DNA of 64,000 nt from Pedobacter sp. Lineage in GTDB: Bacteria; Bacteroidota; Bacteroidia; Sphingobacteriales; Sphingobacteriaceae. Below the pieces are notes generated by a model. That model was not told where the DNA came from. It saw only the letters and a list, made by a program, of their open reading frames with translations, and did no database searches. A program made the position numbers and the translations under genes. Every line of letters begins with the position of its first letter. Within the stretch, counting starts at the first letter, position 1. Shown here piece by piece: positions 60,536-64,000 of the stretch. Location: NCBI RefSeq assembly GCF_041645105.1, contig NZ_JBAZQQ010000011.1, forward strand, positions 37,884-101,883. Reading direction: 5' to 3'.

Positions 60536-61296
60536 GTGATTTGAAACTGACCGTCAGATAAACTCACATAACCTGTAGCTTTAGTTTTCGCATGATAAAA
60601 TAAACAGTTCCAGTTCTCTGCTGCTGCTCTTTTACCAAATTCTTCCCTTAGCTCCATTGCTTTTCTTCCATCAAAATCATACTTAGCAATAAATTTGCGT
60701 AACAACTCCTCTGGTTCAGGCAAAACATCACCTCCAAAAAACACTTTATCTTTCCCGTCATCCAATAAATAAACCTGATGAAAAGGTGTATGTGCGCCGG
60801 TTAACTCATAACTAATTTCATCTGTTAACTGTCCAGAACCTTCAATAAATGTTAATTGTGCATTGCGTTGTAAAAACTCAAATATTTCAGTTTTGTAGGA
60901 AGATGAACTATTCGTAAAAGCACTCTCCCACTCTCCACGTTGAATTACATAATTGGCGTGAGGAAAGCTGAGTTCCATCTTTTCACCAACATGGTGAACC
61001 ATACCGCCAGAATGATCAAAATGTAAATGTGACATCAGTACTAAATCTACGTCATCTGGTTCGAAACCTGCTTTTCTTATATTTTCATGTAAAATCAACT
61101 GTCCTTTATCATTACTATATCCCAATCCTGTATCAATCAGGACAAGTGAATTCTTCAACTTCAGCAGAAATGGTTGAATATGCACAAACAAAGATGCTGG
61201 ACGGCTTTTAGGATCGTCCGTCTCCGGATTAAATGGGACAAACTTTTTGCTTATATCTACAGAATAAGAACCTTCGTATAAAGTGAAAACTTGCAA
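60532..61296 (-). CDS. MBL-fold metallo-hydrolase
   Basis: IDTGLG, SHLHFDHSGG, GAHTPFH, GDV; TTG start. Confidence 0.9.
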   Translation of the reverse strand: MQVFTLYEGSYSVDISKKFVPFNPETDDPKSRPASLFVHIQPFLLKLKNSLVLIDTGLGYSNDKGQLILHENIRKAGFEPDDVDLVLMSHLHFDHSGGMVHHVGEKMELSFPHANYVIQRGEWESAFTNSSSSYKTEIFEFLQRNAQLTFIEGSGQLTDEISYELTGAHTPFHQVYLLDDGKDKVFFGGDVLPEPEELLRKFIAKYDFDGRKAMELREEFGKRAAAENWNCLFYHAKTKATGYVSLSDGQFQIT

Positions 61297-61347
61297 TGTC
61301 GTAGTTATTAGTTAGAAGAAATTAAATGATATATTTACGAATCAATG

Positions 61348-61355
61348 CAAAGATA
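61348..61355 (-). promoter_or_regulatory. -7 promoter element for the MBL hydrolase
   Basis: TATCTTTG on the minus strand. Confidence 0.45.
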
Positions 61356-61391
61356 TGGAACCTGCATGAAAAAATAGACAAACACATAACA

Positions 61392-63095
61392 ATGAAGAAA
61401 AGATGGGTGCAGGCAAGTCGGGCAAATCCGGAAACAACAACTTTGCTTGCACAAAATTTAAATATAGACTACAGTTTAGCACAAATATTAGTTCAAAGAG
61501 GCGTTTCTACTTTTGACGAAGCTCGTGAATACTTCAGACCTCAAATGAGCAAACTACATGATCCTTTTCTTATGAAGGACATGCATAAGGCAATTGAACG
61601 TATTGATAAAGCTTTAAAAAGCAATGAAAAAATACTTATCTATGGCGATTATGATGTAGACGGAACGACCTCTGTAGCTTTAGCATTTAGCTTTTTCAGT
61701 CAATTTACCCAACAAATTGAATATTACATACCAGACCGACATAAAGAAGGATATGGAATTTCGACAACAGGAATTGATTATGCCAAAGCAAATGGTTTCA
61801 GCTTAATTATTGCATTGGATTGCGGTATAAAGTCTGTCGATAAAATTGCATATGCCAATGATCTGGCTATAGATTTTATCATTTGCGACCACCATTTACC
61901 CGGGGAGGAACTACCAGCAGCCGTGGCAGTGCTGGACCCAAAACGGGATGATTGTCCCTACCCCTTCAAAGAACTTGCGGGTTGTGGCATTGGATTTAAA
62001 CTGGCCCAGGCCTATTGTCTATCCCATAATTTACCCGCAGAAAAATACGAAAGGTATATTGATCTTGTGATGGTAAGCATTGCCGCAGACATTGTTCCGG
62101 TAGAAGATGAAAACCGAATATTGGCATATCATGGACTAATAAAGCTGAATACTAATCCTTGTATGGGACTGAAAGCGCTTATAGAAGTCACTGGAAAAAG
62201 TAAAGATTATACCTTAACAGATGTAGTTTTTAACCTTGCACCACGCATTAATGCCGCAGGAAGAATGGATCATGCCAATCAGGCTGTCAAAATGTTATTA
62301 TGCACCGAACGTGATCTGGCATTAGAGCAAAGTTTAATCATCAACATTCAGAATACAGACCGTAAAACCTCAGATCAGAGCATTACAGCTGAAGCACTTG
62401 CTCTAATTGGCGAATGCAATATTCTGATGAATAAAAAAACGACAGTGGTGTACCATGAAGATTGGAACAAAGGTGTAATTGGTATTGTTGCATCCAGACT
62501 TACAGAAACGTACTATCGGCCTACTATAGTCTTCACCAAATCAAACGGTCTATTAACTGGCTCAGCCCGTTCTGTTGCAGGTTTTGACCTTTACGAAGCC
62601 TTGCTAGCCTGCAATGACCTCCTTGTACAATTCGGAGGTCATAAGTTTGCTGCCGGTTTAACCATGAAACCCGAAAACATTAATCAGTTCACAGATCGAT
62701 TTGAGGAACAAGTAAGAGCTACAATTACAGACGATCTGCTTACTCCTGAAATCAGGATTGACAATGAAATTAATCTTTCGCAAATAGACGGGAAATTTCA
62801 ACGGATTATTGCCCAAATGGCACCTTTCGGCCCACATAACCCCGCTCCTGTTTTTGTTAGTAATGATGTAACTTTTGTAGGACAGCCTTTTGTTGTGGGG
62901 ACAAAACATTTAAAATTATCTGTAAAGCAACAAAATTCCCCTATTTTTGACTGCATCGGATTTGGAATGGCAGAAGAGTATGCTCTACTGTTACAGCCAA
63001 ACAAACCTTTTTCTATTTGTTATACCATTGAAGAAAATGTGTGGAAAGAACAAAAAAGGTTGCAGTTAAACATTAAAGGAATTAAACTAGATTGA
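61392..63095 (+). CDS. recJ: Single-stranded-DNA-specific exonuclease RecJ
   Basis: YGDYDVDG, YIPDRHKEGYG, LDCG, DHH, APRINAAGR, GSARS, FGGHKFAAG; ATG 61392. Confidence 0.98.
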   Translation: MKKRWVQASRANPETTTLLAQNLNIDYSLAQILVQRGVSTFDEAREYFRPQMSKLHDPFLMKDMHKAIERIDKALKSNEKILIYGDYDVDGTTSVALAFSFFSQFTQQIEYYIPDRHKEGYGISTTGIDYAKANGFSLIIALDCGIKSVDKIAYANDLAIDFIICDHHLPGEELPAAVAVLDPKRDDCPYPFKELAGCGIGFKLAQAYCLSHNLPAEKYERYIDLVMVSIAADIVPVEDENRILAYHGLIKLNTNPCMGLKALIEVTGKSKDYTLTDVVFNLAPRINAAGRMDHANQAVKMLLCTERDLALEQSLIINIQNTDRKTSDQSITAEALALIGECNILMNKKTTVVYHEDWNKGVIGIVASRLTETYYRPTIVFTKSNGLLTGSARSVAGFDLYEALLACNDLLVQFGGHKFAAGLTMKPENINQFTDRFEEQVRATITDDLLTPEIRIDNEINLSQIDGKFQRIIAQMAPFGPHNPAPVFVSNDVTFVGQPFVVGTKHLKLSVKQQNSPIFDCIGFGMAEEYALLLQPNKPFSICYTIEENVWKEQKRLQLNIKGIKLD

Positions 63096-63098
63096 GCA

Positions 63099-63133
63099 AA
63101 TCAATAATCGTAATTCGTAAATCATAATTATAA
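63099..63133 (+). repeat. Five degenerate tandem heptamers filling the recJ-lptB spacer
   Basis: aatcaat aatcgta attcgta aatcata attataa, then ATG at 63134. Confidence 0.55.
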
Positions 63134-63868
63134 ATGATATTAAGAGCTGAACATCTGATAAAAAAATATAAACAACGTACTGTTGTTAATGACGTTTCGT
63201 TTAATGTCAGTCAGGGAGAAATTGTGGGTCTGCTGGGACCAAACGGAGCCGGAAAAACAACTTCCTTCTACATGATTGTGGGATTAATAAAACCCAATGA
63301 AGGCACTATCTTTTTAGATGAACAAGATATTACCAAGGATCCTATGTATAGAAGGGCACAAAAAGGAATCGGATATCTGGCACAAGAAGCATCCGTTTTC
63401 AGGAAACTTTCAGTTGAAGACAATATCATGGCCATATTGGAAATGACCAAAATGAGTAAGGAAGAACGCCATGAACAATTGGAAGAGCTAATCACCGAAT
63501 TCAGTTTACATAAAGTACGTAAAAATCGTGGAGATTTGCTTTCTGGTGGAGAGAGAAGGAGAACCGAGATTGCAAGAGCACTTGCAGCAAGTCCTAATTT
63601 CATTTTACTTGACGAGCCATTTGCAGGAGTTGACCCAATTGCAGTCGAAGAAATCCAAACGATTGTGGCTAAGCTGAAACAAAAAAATATAGGTATATTG
63701 ATTACCGATCATAATGTTCAGGAAACCCTATCTATTACAGACAGAGCTTATCTTCTTTTTGAAGGAAAGATACTCGAATCAGGCACACCTGAAGTACTTG
63801 CTGCAAACGAAATGGTTAGAAGATTATATCTCGGCTCAAACTTCGTACTTCGCAAGAAAAACTTATAA
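63134..63868 (+). CDS. lptB: LPS export ABC transporter ATP-binding protein
   Basis: [60 protein letters not shown]. Confidence 0.97.
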   Translation: MILRAEHLIKKYKQRTVVNDVSFNVSQGEIVGLLGPNGAGKTTSFYMIVGLIKPNEGTIFLDEQDITKDPMYRRAQKGIGYLAQEASVFRKLSVEDNIMAILEMTKMSKEERHEQLEELITEFSLHKVRKNRGDLLSGGERRRTEIARALAASPNFILLDEPFAGVDPIAVEEIQTIVAKLKQKNIGILITDHNVQETLSITDRAYLLFEGKILESGTPEVLAANEMVRRLYLGSNFVLRKKNL

Positions 63869-63889
63869 TCCTTATTCAAAATATAACGC

Positions 63890-64000
63890 ATGGCAATTGT
63901 AAATTCAATTTTCACCTGGTATATGAAAAAGCGAGTTCATCAGATCGAGCTTTTTATGAAATATCCTCATGATGTACAAGAAGAGTGGTTTCATAAACTT
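63890..64000 (+). CDS. GH3 auxin-responsive promoter family protein (acyl-adenylate synthetase-like), N-terminal fragment cut by the window edge
   Basis: Open frame MAIVNSIFTWYMKKRVHQIELFMKYPHDVQEEWFHKL runs to the window end and resembles the N-terminus of Bacteroidota GH3-auxin family proteins; only 37 codons are visible. Confidence 0.65.
   Translation, partial: MAIVNSIFTWYMKKRVHQIELFMKYPHDVQEEWFHKL

Noticed and set aside
264-63902. The many short ORFs in the track that overlap or run antisense to long genes (for example 264-569, 29371-29745, 59467-59919, 63268-63603)
   Set aside because: They are shadows of well-supported genes in other frames and carry no family motifs.
1-64000. CRISPR arrays, tRNA/rRNA genes, intact IS elements, prophage or known anti-phage systems
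   Set aside because: No repeat-spacer periodicity, cloverleaf, terminal inverted repeats, transposase/integrase or phage structural genes were seen; intergenic spaces are short and mostly accounted for.

Overview
A 64 kb gene-dense chromosomal segment from a Bacteroidota bacterium. A Sphingobacteriaceae/Pedobacter-like origin is inferred from the SusC/SusD pairs, TAnnTTTG promoter elements and gene neighbourhoods. From left to right it contains: (1) a beta-1,2-glucan utilisation locus (SusC partial, SusD, GH144, GH3, esterase), interrupted by a 1.9 kb cassette of an XRE regulator and two coupled hypothetical proteins built from three copies of one uncharacterised, possibly ribbon-helix-helix-like unit; (2) a complete mrpABCDEFG Na+/H+ antiporter operon; (3) yebC and an SDR-type threonine dehydrogenase; (4) a 10-gene glycoside 3-dehydrogenase / 3-keto-glycoside cluster with apparent periplasmic and cytoplasmic enzyme tiers; (5) housekeeping genes (asd, dacB, GH20, truA, aroK, folP, cdaA, bacilliredoxin, ahcY) and a hybrid sensor kinase; (6) an accessory block (44.9-53.4 kb) with an orphan SusC/SusD pair behind LacI-like palindromes, a miniaturised SusC-like gene, a triple-frameshifted Rpn-like pseudogene and an apparently gene-less promoter; (7) mscS, pdxJ, gcvP, yceI, a response regulator, an MBL hydrolase, recJ, lptB and a partial GH3-auxin-family gene. 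I saw no rRNA, tRNA, CRISPR array, intact transposase or integrase. All calls come from motif reading and family knowledge; no searches were run.
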